Counted from the stretch's first letter, positions 19,482 to 27,644 are shown. The stretch is 37,915 nt of DNA from a virus (IMGVR_UViG_2778261269_000005:1-37915); one strand, 5' to 3'. Numbers and translations are program-made. The notes: generated by a model from the letters alone, not told the origin.

Positions 19482-19912
19482 GTAAAAAAACACCCCGTCA
19501 AAGGCACCCGCAGATACCTTTTGTGTGGCGCTATCTGATGTGATGTGCGCCAGGCGTGGCGCGGATATGAAAAAGGCCCGCCGCAGCGAGCCATATGCAT
19601 AGGTAAAAAAAATGCCCACACATAAGGCGGGCTAACGCAATGTAATGATGAAACAGAGTTTACTTGTATAGATGTTATAAGAATGCGCCGTCAGCCTGCT
19701 GTGCAAACTGGCAAATCGTAGGCCCGGAAACAGACAACGACGCATTCTGGTATCACCTCATCCCTGCAACATGCAGGGATGACTACAAAAAAAGCACTGA
19801 AACTGTAGGCGGTCAGGTCTACAGAATGAAAAACAACAAATCCACCTGCCAGGTCTGTTCTTCACGAAAATTCGCCAGTGCTGATAATAAAGCTATGACT
19901 CATCAGTTTTAC

Positions 19913-19989
19913 TGGAGAGCGGGTGGCGAGAATCGAACCCACATCATCAGCCTGGAAAGCTGAGGTAATAGCCATTATACGATACCCGC
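19913..19989 (-). tRNA. diverged tRNA-Gly(UCC)-like gene, possibly a pseudo-tRNA
   Basis: Minus strand reads GCGGGTATCGTATAATGGCTATTACCTCAGCTTTCCAGGCTGATGATGTGGGTTCGATTCTCGCCACCCGCTCTCCA: cloverleaf with GGTTCGATTC T-loop and UCC anticodon, but a 7-66 mismatch, wobbles in the T-stem and no clean CCA. Confidence 0.55.
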
Positions 19990-20206
19990 ATACTGTACTG
20001 GCTTCCGGAATCACACGAATTACCAGGAAAGCCAGCACTGGTCCTTCAGACGATAGTAACGCCCCTGTGAACACAAAAATAACCGTCTTCCGGACCAGTC
20101 AGAATACTAACGACAGTTTTTCAGACATCAAAAATATATTTGGTGTTCAGTTTTAAATATGTGTATACATCTGTATCAGAAATATACAACTTATATCATC
20201 ACTGAA

Positions 20207-21253
20207 TTAAAAATCTTTCGTGATTTCTCTGACCGTCTGATTAAAACGTTCCTCTTCCAGTTCCACGCCAATCGCCCTGCGTCCCAGCGACAGTGCCGCT
20301 TTTATTGTCGACCCCGACCCCATAAAAAAATCTGCGACCAAATCGCCTGGACGGCTGCTGGCAGTAATTATCTGACGCAACATATCCGCCGGTTTTTCAC
20401 AGGGATGTTTACCCGGATAATACTGCACGGGCTTGTGCGTCCAGACATCCGTATACGGAACGGCAGCCGATACGGAAAAATAACGCCGCAGGGATTTGTA
20501 CTCATCCAGCAGGCTGGCATATTGCCGGTTCAGTTCGCTGTATGTGCTGACCAGCTGGTGGGGTGGCTGCTCCAGTTCACCGCGCTGGTGTTTTTCTGCC
20601 GCAACACGCGCAAACAACGCCTGCAGTTTACTGTAATCGGCCTCATTCGGTAACTGCCACTGACTGGTACCAAACCAGTGCGAAGCCATGTTTTTCTTTC
20701 CGGTGGCTTCAGCTATCTGTTTTGACGTTATCCCCAGTAATTCACGCGCATCACGGAAGTAAGAAATCAGCGGAGCCATCACGTGCTGTTTAAGCTCGCG
20801 CCCCTTTGCTGCATAGCCGTCATTTTTTGGCTGGTATGGCCCCTGATAATGTTCAGCAAACAGAATGCGCTCTGTTGCCGGGAAATATGCCCGTAAACTT
20901 TCCTTATTGCACCCGTTCCAGCGTCCGGACGGCTTCGCCCAGATAATGTGGTTCAACACATTAAAACGTTCACGCATCATGAGTTCGATATCTGATGCCA
21001 GTCGATGGCCACAGAACAGGTAAAGACTTCCGGCAGGCTTCAGTACCCGCCAGAACTGTGCAAGACACTGGTCCAGCCATTTCAGGTAATCATCGTCCCC
21101 CTTCCACTGGTTATCCCAGCCCTCGGGCTTCACTTTAAAGTATGGCGGGTCTGTGACTATCAAATCGACAGAGTTTTCCGGTAAGGTCAGGATAAATTCC
21201 AGGCAATCAGCGTTGACTAACTCACAGCTGGATATTTTTACAGTATTAGCCAT
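20207..21253 (-). CDS. DNA methyltransferase, beta-class N6-adenine/N4-cytosine (DPPY) family
   Basis: 348-aa ORF; N-terminal LIVTDPPYF (motif IV) and C-terminal DFFMGSGST (motif I). Confidence 0.85.
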   Translation of the reverse strand: MANTVKISSCELVNADCLEFILTLPENSVDLIVTDPPYFKVKPEGWDNQWKGDDDYLKWLDQCLAQFWRVLKPAGSLYLFCGHRLASDIELMMRERFNVLNHIIWAKPSGRWNGCNKESLRAYFPATERILFAEHYQGPYQPKNDGYAAKGRELKQHVMAPLISYFRDARELLGITSKQIAEATGKKNMASHWFGTSQWQLPNEADYSKLQALFARVAAEKHQRGELEQPPHQLVSTYSELNRQYASLLDEYKSLRRYFSVSAAVPYTDVWTHKPVQYYPGKHPCEKPADMLRQIITASSRPGDLVADFFMGSGSTIKAALSLGRRAIGVELEEERFNQTVREITKDF

Positions 21254-21403
21254 AGATCAATAAGCACTTCTCTGATAGGCTCATACCGCTTTTGCGCAAA
21301 GCAGATGGGCCTGAGGTTTGCTTGTGACCCCAACGCATGAGCAGATGGCTGGCAGGTGCCGCTAACACCCACCAGCCGCCCATTACCACAAATTAAAAAG
21401 CCT

Positions 21404-21601
21404 TCACTGAGGAAGGCGTCTGTAACAACCGAACTGATAATCTGCCAGACCCGCCATAACAAGCTGGGTCAGTATTAACTGGCAGCGTTCGCGTGAAAGG
21501 TAAGTATTCTGCGCAATTTCCCCAACTGTTGCCGGTTCAGTGACGCTTAATTCATTAAACACCACTCTGGCTGTTTCGGTCATATCCTGCTGTTTTAGCA
21601 T
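21404..21601 (-). CDS. hypothetical small protein, possible winged-helix DNA-binding
   Basis: 65-aa ORF between the membrane moron and the methyltransferase; PATVGEIAQNTYLSRERCQLILTQL is HTH-like. Confidence 0.35.
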   Translation of the reverse strand: MLKQQDMTETARVVFNELSVTEPATVGEIAQNTYLSRERCQLILTQLVMAGLADYQFGCYRRLPQ

Positions 21602-21774
21602 GTCTTTTTCTCTTTATTGGTTAACGTGACATACCAATAACTCTTGTCGAAAAAGCCAGCAAGCTGAAAGACCGGTATTAATAACCACCTGCACATTTTA
21701 TGTACCGAACCATTTTTCTGGCATAAAAAACCTCTCAATGGCGGGCGGTAAAAATCTTTGTTACTCAAGAAATT

Positions 21775-22488
21775 TTAACGCACTCTGACTGTATTAATTT
21801 CAAAATCATTAATATTTCCGCTATTAAATATAACGAATTTCTTACCCCCACTCCTGTATGATTTCGATAACACCAGACGAGCATCATAACGCGCAATAAT
21901 GTAATACCATACATTCTCATAGTGGATCGCCTGATATTCCCTCTTAAACTGTGGTTTGTACCAACCGGCAATGAGAGAGAATGCCCAGAAATAAATCATA
22001 AACCCAGCCATCATGAACTCAATTCGGTGATGGCGAATAAAAGACATTTCCGAAAAACATTTGACTGAAACAAGTCTTCTTCCAGACCTGACAAAAAGCG
22101 TGATTGTAAAGGCAGCAAGAATGCAGAAAATCAGTACATCTGGCTCAACATGCTGATGAATTACCGAAAACTCCAGAACAGGTGGAATAAAAAGCAGCAA
22201 TATCGCGAGAAAAAGCCGGATAAAACTCAAATTTTGTATATTGCGCTTTTGTTTTATGCCCAAAAAGAAAATAATACCAACTCCCCATCCAATAAGGAAT
22301 ATAACGATAACTGTCACAGCATAAAACAAACTTCGTGCTACATCATCGACACCAGCCCCGACAACCCACCATGGAAAGCCATAGTAAAATGAAGTACCCC
22401 ATCCATAGAAATAAGCGCTTCCCCATCCTAGACAGCCCATATAAGCAACAAAAAGTGAAGAGTTTCTGAGCAGAGCACTGTCATCCAT
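21775..22488 (-). CDS. hypothetical polytopic membrane protein (AT-rich moron downstream of Q)
   Basis: 237-aa ORF in a markedly AT-rich island; aromatic-rich N-terminus (WGSAYFYGWGTSFYYGFPWWVVGAG), several hydrophobic helices, about 100-aa soluble C-terminus. Confidence 0.55.
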   Translation of the reverse strand: MDDSALLRNSSLFVAYMGCLGWGSAYFYGWGTSFYYGFPWWVVGAGVDDVARSLFYAVTVIVIFLIGWGVGIIFFLGIKQKRNIQNLSFIRLFLAILLLFIPPVLEFSVIHQHVEPDVLIFCILAAFTITLFVRSGRRLVSVKCFSEMSFIRHHRIEFMMAGFMIYFWAFSLIAGWYKPQFKREYQAIHYENVWYYIIARYDARLVLSKSYRSGGKKFVIFNSGNINDFEINTVRVR

Positions 22489-22629
22489 AGTAACACCATT
22501 AACAACTCAAAAATATCAACACATATTACATAACAAATTGGATTCCATGCAGTCAAGGGGCGTCATTGATGGAGAAAGTATTGGCACAATCATCATCACG
22601 TTTAATGTCTATGCCATTTTTTTGGGGAT

Positions 22630-22653
22630 AAAAAAACCCGCTCGGTCACGGGT
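22630..22653 (-). terminator. tR'-like intrinsic terminator
   Basis: ACCCG-N8-CGGGT hairpin followed on the minus strand by T7, about 50-65 nt after the putative start. Confidence 0.5.
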
Positions 22654-22706
22654 TTTACTAGCTTTGCCATCACGTATAAAAACGGCAAAATATCAGATTC
22701 ACACGA

Positions 22707-22735
22707 AATATATGCCTTTTTATCTACTTTTGCAA
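22707..22735 (-). promoter_or_regulatory. pR'-like late promoter immediately downstream of the Q-like gene
   Basis: Minus strand TTGCAA-17bp-TATATT starting about 10 nt after the Q-like stop codon. Confidence 0.45.
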
Positions 22736-22742
22736 TACTTTG

Positions 22743-23414
22743 CTATGAAAATGCCGCCTTTTGTTTTGAACGTGTTCCCTCCACCAACAATAAAGCTTCA
22801 CCATCCAGCCGATGAAAAATGTGTTTCATTGCAACCCAGTGACCAGTAAATGTCTTGGACCAGTTTTTGGTTGTTACTCCCACCAGTAACGCCAGTTCCT
22901 GGTATTCGTAACCTTCCCCACCAAAAAGCTCAGCTTTTACCGCCTGCGCCGCCAACCAGATCAACGTCTTCAGGCGCACCAGAGTTTTTCCTGCAATTTT
23001 TCTGGTACCGGATTGAGCATTAAATTCAGTCCACGCCCACTGCGTTATCGCGATCTGATGCTCCCAGCAAATGCTACCGCTGTAACACCACAGCAGCCAG
23101 GCTTTATGATGTTCTTCAAGAGACAGAACGGCGCGTCGCCATGATGATGTCGAAAACTCAACCGGACTGACCAGGGCAATTGATGAACCTTTCGCCAGCG
23201 ATTGCTTTCCCGGGATCGGTGGATTATCCAGCGTTACTATTTTTCCAGTGACCTTATCGCGGTACCGGATTTTTTTACGTCTGTAACGCCCTGTATTGAA
23301 CATGGCATTCTCCTGCCAGGCTTCAAGCTGACCTTTTGTTGCTCCACTCAAATCAGCGGTGGCGATCATGAGCTGCTCACGCACAAACTGTAAATACTGG
23401 TTATTCATGCGCAC
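22743..23414 (-). CDS. putative late-gene antiterminator (Q-like, QuuQ/YdfT-type)
   Basis: 223-aa ORF between rusA and the pR'-like promoter/terminator; synteny with quuQ-ydfU of Qin. Family not verified. Confidence 0.45.
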   Translation of the reverse strand: MRMNNQYLQFVREQLMIATADLSGATKGQLEAWQENAMFNTGRYRRKKIRYRDKVTGKIVTLDNPPIPGKQSLAKGSSIALVSPVEFSTSSWRRAVLSLEEHHKAWLLWCYSGSICWEHQIAITQWAWTEFNAQSGTRKIAGKTLVRLKTLIWLAAQAVKAELFGGEGYEYQELALLVGVTTKNWSKTFTGHWVAMKHIFHRLDGEALLLVEGTRSKQKAAFS

Positions 23415-23764
23415 TCCAGTTCTGTGATTTTTATCCCCAGCCGCCCACCCGGAACGAGCTGACCACGCACAATATTGATTTCATCAAACTGCTCGTCGTC
23501 TATGAGTAATCCGGCATGGGTCAGTGCATCCAGTGGTGCTTTCAGGATATTGTCCTGGTCACGACGGCGCTTATCCGGTGGCTCTGCAATAATCTTTATC
23601 GCCAGCCTTCCGGACAGGTTTAATTTCAGCCGCTGCTGGCGAACAATAAGCGCCACATCCCGGCGATAACGCTCACCGGCTTTTGATACAAAATATGCGC
23701 TGCCACGACGCCGCCAGTAGGTGTTCACCGTCGGCGGATAAGGCAAAACAAACTCTATACGCAT
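23405..23764 (-). CDS. rusA: Holliday junction resolvase RusA
   Basis: 119-aa ORF; DKRRRDQDNILKAPLDAL and GGRLGIKITE match RusA. Confidence 0.85.
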   Translation of the reverse strand: MRIEFVLPYPPTVNTYWRRRGSAYFVSKAGERYRRDVALIVRQQRLKLNLSGRLAIKIIAEPPDKRRRDQDNILKAPLDALTHAGLLIDDEQFDEINIVRGQLVPGGRLGIKITELECA

Positions 23765-23776
23765 CAGTAACCTCTT

Positions 23777-24826
23777 TTACCCAAGCACGCCGGTTGCAAA
23801 GGCGTGATCAAGAAAACGAAAAATTAAATCAACCTGAGAACCATGCTTTTCTTCGAACGCCAGCGGATCCGCATGAAGTTCGTTGTGATGTTCCCGGCAC
23901 AACGGTAGCGTGAAAATATCGTGGGCCTTTGTTCCCATCCCTCCCTGACCGTGACCTATCAGGTGATGGGGATCGTCGGCTGGTTGACCACAACACGCAC
24001 ACGGCTGTGTCTTCACCCAGCGCGTATATTTCTCATTTACCCAACGGCGACGTTTAGGTCGCCTCATGAAAGATTCCGGAGACTCCGGATCAACGGTGAT
24101 GCATACCACCGTCTTTTCCAGTGGTGGGTTCTGTTGCTGGTGGGAGTGAGGCAACGGCGCAAGATTTTTTGTGCGCTGCTTCAGTATGCTGGTGGCGGTC
24201 TGCTCTCCCGGTACGATGTCGCTTTCGCGGTACACCGCGCGGATTTTTTCCGCACGTAACCCCAGAGAACGACGTAATACTGCCTCCGGAAGCGCGTCCG
24301 CCACTTGATTGCAGACCGCCCACCAGGATAATTCAGCCAGCGATAACTCCCTCTCCTGCGTGCCATTCATTGCATGGCGTATGACGTCAATCATCCATGC
24401 TGACAGATTTTGATGAGCAAGTTGCCCGAGTGATTCGGATGTCTGGTCACGCAGCTGGTTGTCGCAGTGCCAGCACAACACCATCGCGCCGGTACCGTAA
24501 CGATGTATGACGATTTCACTGTGATGATAGTCACCATGAGGCCACTGGCAGGATTTGACATGACGCAACAGCCAGTCAGACAGTGCCCCAGCGCCGCCAG
24601 CAGCACGAATCACCCGCTCATCGCTGAAAAATGGCAGTAATGATTTATCCTCCGCCAGCGGCTGGCGAACGGCAGGGACGACTCCGGATGGCAGGCCGCA
24701 CATGCTTTTCGATTCCGGCTCCACCAGCACTCGAGGATTGTGAAATACCTGCATGGATTCACGACCTGGCTTAAGGACCACCAGCCCGAGTTCCGGTACC
24801 AGAACAGGTCGAAGTAATACCCGCAC
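23777..24826 (-). CDS. ydfU: YdfU-like prophage protein (DUF968) with C-terminal HNH/zinc-finger-like motif
   Basis: 349-aa ORF (same length as Qin YdfU); C-terminus CACCGQPADDPHHLIGHGQGG...CREHHNELH. Confidence 0.65.
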   Translation of the reverse strand: MRVLLRPVLVPELGLVVLKPGRESMQVFHNPRVLVEPESKSMCGLPSGVVPAVRQPLAEDKSLLPFFSDERVIRAAGGAGALSDWLLRHVKSCQWPHGDYHHSEIVIHRYGTGAMVLCWHCDNQLRDQTSESLGQLAHQNLSAWMIDVIRHAMNGTQERELSLAELSWWAVCNQVADALPEAVLRRSLGLRAEKIRAVYRESDIVPGEQTATSILKQRTKNLAPLPHSHQQQNPPLEKTVVCITVDPESPESFMRRPKRRRWVNEKYTRWVKTQPCACCGQPADDPHHLIGHGQGGMGTKAHDIFTLPLCREHHNELHADPLAFEEKHGSQVDLIFRFLDHAFATGVLG

Positions 24827-24827
24827 G

Positions 24828-25154
24828 TTACCTCCAGATGCGTTGCTGGAATGTGCGGGACGGACGCGGTGGGCGTTCGGAATAAGGGAGTCTGACGTAG
24901 ATTATCCAGTGACGATAATCGAGGCTGAGGGCTTTCCTAAACTCATACCCACGTCTGCGGTAGTTCTGTATCAGCCATTCGGCCTGTTCTTCAGTGCAGG
25001 GGGCATGCTGATACCAGTCATATTTGAATGTGTGAGAACGCCGCCCTTGCCTGCTGGCAGGGGCGGTATCAGAATTGTGATGTTTGGTATTGTGCGCCAT
25101 CGGTTTTCTCTGCTGGCGCAGCAGGTGCCAGTTGTTCAAGCTGGCGTGCGGCAA
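24828..25154 (-). CDS. hypothetical basic protein
   Basis: 108-aa ORF (possibly starting at an internal Met); occupies the rem-equivalent position of Qin. Confidence 0.35.
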   Translation of the reverse strand: MPHASLNNWHLLRQQRKPMAHNTKHHNSDTAPASRQGRRSHTFKYDWYQHAPCTEEQAEWLIQNYRRRGYEFRKALSLDYRHWIIYVRLPYSERPPRPSRTFQQRIWR

Positions 25155-25169
25155 TATTGTCTCTGATTT

Positions 25170-25185
25170 CTGTTGTCGTCAACAG
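25170..25185. promoter_or_regulatory. palindromic operator-like site in the parDE promoter
   Basis: CTGTTG-TCGT-CAACAG palindrome overlapping a TTGTCG ... TATCAT promoter-like pair upstream of parD. Confidence 0.4.
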
Positions 25186-25235
25186 GCAACGTGCTATCAT
25201 CAAATGGTGTTCTATCCTACTCCGTGAGGTTTACC

Positions 25236-25493
25236 ATGCGTACAACCCAACAATTCAGCATTACATTAACTAACGAAATGGCTGACATGGTGCGCGCCCG
25301 TGTGGCTTCCGGTGCCTATGCTTCAGAAAGCGAGGTCATTCGTGAAGGGCTTCGCGCACTGAATGAGCGCGATAAAGCAATCGAAGCGTGGTTAACGCAT
25401 TCAGCCGCCCCCTCTCTTGATTCTATCCGCGAAAACCCAAACAACGGACGCTCCATTTCACAGGTTCGCGCCGCGATTCGATCCGGGAAGTAA
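25236..25493 (+). CDS. parD: type II antitoxin, ParD family (RHH)
   Basis: Start set at ATG 25236 (GAGG RBS): MRTTQQFSITLTNEMADMVRARVASGAYASESEVIREGLRAL... Confidence 0.8.
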   Translation: MRTTQQFSITLTNEMADMVRARVASGAYASESEVIREGLRALNERDKAIEAWLTHSAAPSLDSIRENPNNGRSISQVRAAIRSGK

Positions 25494-25498
25494 TCTGC

Positions 25499-25798
25499 AT
25501 GACATATGAAGTCATCATTACTCCTGAGGCCGAACAACAAATAATCAACCTGCACAGGTATATAACGGAGAAAGCAGGGAACGTCATTGCTGACAATTAT
25601 GCCAATGCGCTTCTTGATTATCTTGATGGGTTTTCTACATTCCCGCATCGGGGCAATAAACGCGATGATATTCGCCAGGGGATGCGGGTAACTCATTTCC
25701 GCCACAGAACGATTATTGCTTTTGCCGTTGATAGCAGAAAAGTCTTTATTGTCGGTATCTATCATGGTGGGCAAAGTTATGAAACCGATTTCTTATAA
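25499..25798 (+). CDS. parE: type II toxin, ParE/RelE family
   Basis: 99-aa ORF 5 nt after parD; ...RQGMRVTHFRHRTIIAFAVDSRKVFIVGIYHGGQ is ParE-like. Confidence 0.8.
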   Translation: MTYEVIITPEAEQQIINLHRYITEKAGNVIADNYANALLDYLDGFSTFPHRGNKRDDIRQGMRVTHFRHRTIIAFAVDSRKVFIVGIYHGGQSYETDFL

Positions 25799-25880
25799 AC
25801 TTTTACCCACATCATTCCGGTGTTAGAATAAACCGTCCGCCCCCTCTCTTACTGGCGGATTCGTAGGCTATATAAATCAA

Positions 25881-25916
25881 AGATCCCGGCTCATGTTTGT
25901 GTCGGGATCTTTTTTC
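25881..25916 (+). terminator. intrinsic terminator after parDE
   Basis: GATCCCG-N14-CGGGATC hairpin followed by TTTTTT. Confidence 0.55.
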
Positions 25917-26002
25917 GGCGATTTATCCCCAGCGGCAAATCGAATACACCACCAGCGCCACCGCCATCGCAATTCTTACCGTGGTGAATGCTTCAGGCCA
26001 GG

Positions 26003-26518
26003 TCATCGCAAAACATCCTCCGCGCTTATCAGTTCGTTCCGCTTCAGGTAGTCCATCGCCTTCTCCGGTAATTTGCAGTCCGGCTTAGCTTTTTCCAGTT
26101 GGCTGGCCAGTCGTTTAACCCACATTGTTAATTCGCCAACCTGATTACTGGATGCTAGTGGATTGTCGGCTTTACCCAGAATGACAGCACAGCAGGCCTC
26201 TTTGAGTACCCAATCAACAGCATCTTTCCATGCTCCTGTTTCGACTGGTGGATTCTCACGCTTTACCTGTTCATAAAAGCGCACGGCTTTAACCAGTCCT
26301 TCTGATGTCACAGGGACTGGCGGGGTAGTGAATAAGGCCTGAATCTCATAGCCCGGCCTGTCGTTGCACCCCTCTTTTGTCGGTACATATTTCCAGTCAC
26401 CAACCCACATCTTCTCCTGAAAGTCCGTAACGCCTTTTTTCACGTAGCGATATCGCCATGCAACTGGTTTTGCCTGCCCTGCCGTTTCATGCCCTTCCTG
26501 ATAATTAATCTCGCTCAT
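26003..26518 (-). CDS. hypothetical protein (nin-region-like)
   Basis: 171-aa ORF, translationally coupled (ATGA overlaps) to ORFs on both sides. Confidence 0.5.
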   Translation of the reverse strand: MSEINYQEGHETAGQAKPVAWRYRYVKKGVTDFQEKMWVGDWKYVPTKEGCNDRPGYEIQALFTTPPVPVTSEGLVKAVRFYEQVKRENPPVETGAWKDAVDWVLKEACCAVILGKADNPLASSNQVGELTMWVKRLASQLEKAKPDCKLPEKAMDYLKRNELISAEDVLR

Positions 26519-26691
26519 TCATCGCCCCACTCATCACAATATGCTTCGACCGGTGTTTTTCCTGCTTCATAATCATCACGCCATGCATCGGCATCAGCAG
26601 CACTTCCACCACGTAACTCTGCATAGTCCATTAACAGTTCATGCCATTCTTTAAAACTGACGTTGTATTTAGTTGAACCAAAATCAGCCAT
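26515..26691 (-). CDS. hypothetical small acidic protein (58 aa)
   Basis: Hand-translated MADFGSTKYNVSFKEWHELLMDYAELRGGSAADADAWRDDYEAGKTPVEAYCDEWGDE; stop overlaps the start of the 171-aa ORF; below the ORF-track length cutoff. Confidence 0.4.
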   Translation of the reverse strand: MADFGSTKYNVSFKEWHELLMDYAELRGGSAADADAWRDDYEAGKTPVEAYCDEWGDE

Positions 26692-26866
26692 TTTGTTCTT
26701 CCTCTTCGTCTTTTATTTCGTGATATGAGTAATTGCAGTAGTTAAAGAAAATTTCTTTTGCTTCGTCATGAATTTCATCAGGTGTTGCGTCATCGTCCAC
26801 TTCGAATACATCCTCAAAATCTCCACCAGCTATTCCAGTTTCAATAATTACTTTGAACTTTCGCAT
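26684..26866 (-). CDS. hypothetical small acidic protein (60 aa)
   Basis: ORF-track ORF; its stop overlaps the start of the 58-aa ORF. Confidence 0.4.
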   Translation of the reverse strand: MRKFKVIIETGIAGGDFEDVFEVDDDATPDEIHDEAKEIFFNYCNYSYHEIKDEEEEQNG

Positions 26867-27058
26867 TTCACTACTGCCCTTTCGGGTGGCCTCCTGCTGT
26901 TCTGAGGGTGCAGAAATCCCTCCGGTAAAGGATTAAATTTTTAACCGTGCTAAATTTAATTATTCAGTTCTGGATTTTGTCACCCTGCGTATCCGCGCTT
27001 TCGCGTTACGCTCAATCTGAATTAACTTTTCTATATTTTTCCGTCTTTCCTGTTCCTC

Positions 27059-27349
27059 CTAGCGCAATAGCCTTACATCATCTGCCAGTCTGGTTTCTCT
27101 TTTCGCCACAGAGAGCATCCAGTCAAACGGCTCCACAACTGCACCGCAGATTTTACAGCGGACCTGACGCTCTTTTTCATCAACCCTGACAGAAGCGTGA
27201 TGGCAATATGGTCTTTCCGATGGCTCATAAAGAAAATTAACCTGATTACGTGGGTCATCTTCTTTTACCGGAAATAAAACAATATTACTTAACTCATCTT
27301 CTGGTTTTATTTCCACGTCACTCTCCTTTGATGCGAATGCCAGCAACAC
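27059..27349 (-). CDS. hypothetical protein with Cys/His cluster
   Basis: 96-aa ORF with CHH...CKIC motif; overlaps the upstream ORF end. Confidence 0.4.
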   Translation of the reverse strand: MLLAFASKESDVEIKPEDELSNIVLFPVKEDDPRNQVNFLYEPSERPYCHHASVRVDEKERQVRCKICGAVVEPFDWMLSVAKRETRLADDVRLLR

Positions 27350-27629
27350 GTAGTGCGCGCTCTAAATCAGCCAGATAAATCCAGCTGCCATTTTCCTTAG
27401 GTATCATGACATGGCGCTCATCAGCATTTATCGGGTGTCCATATCGAAGTTCATAGCCAGCCGGTAGCTGGACTTCCCTTGCCTCCAGTTCTGCAATGCG
27501 CTTGTCTTTGGCTTCCAGTTCATCAAGAACCTTTTTGATGGCTGGTGAATGTGTCGTATAACTCGCAGCCGGACCGGCAAGCATTATCCTGAGCTGCGTT
27601 TTCGCTTTTTCCGTGTTCATTTGGTTCAT
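27318..27629 (-). CDS. hypothetical protein
   Basis: 103-aa ORF in the early-right operon. Confidence 0.4.
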   Translation of the reverse strand: MNQMNTEKAKTQLRIMLAGPAASYTTHSPAIKKVLDELEAKDKRIAELEAREVQLPAGYELRYGHPINADERHVMIPKENGSWIYLADLERALRVAGIRIKGE

Positions 27630-27644
27630 TACCTTATTTAGTGG

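Noticed and set aside
19913-19989. tRNA-like sequence as the prophage attachment site or prophage boundary
   Set aside because: Phage genes flank it on both sides and the integrase lies at the far right end of the window, so it is internal cargo rather than an att-site tRNA.
22538-22849. 103-aa plus-strand ORF
   Set aside because: Overlaps the pR'-like promoter/terminator region and the 3' end of the Q-like gene on the opposite strand; no RBS.
25316-25774. 152-aa minus-strand ORF
   Set aside because: Antisense to the parD/parE pair, which has proper spacing, RBS and recognisable family motifs.
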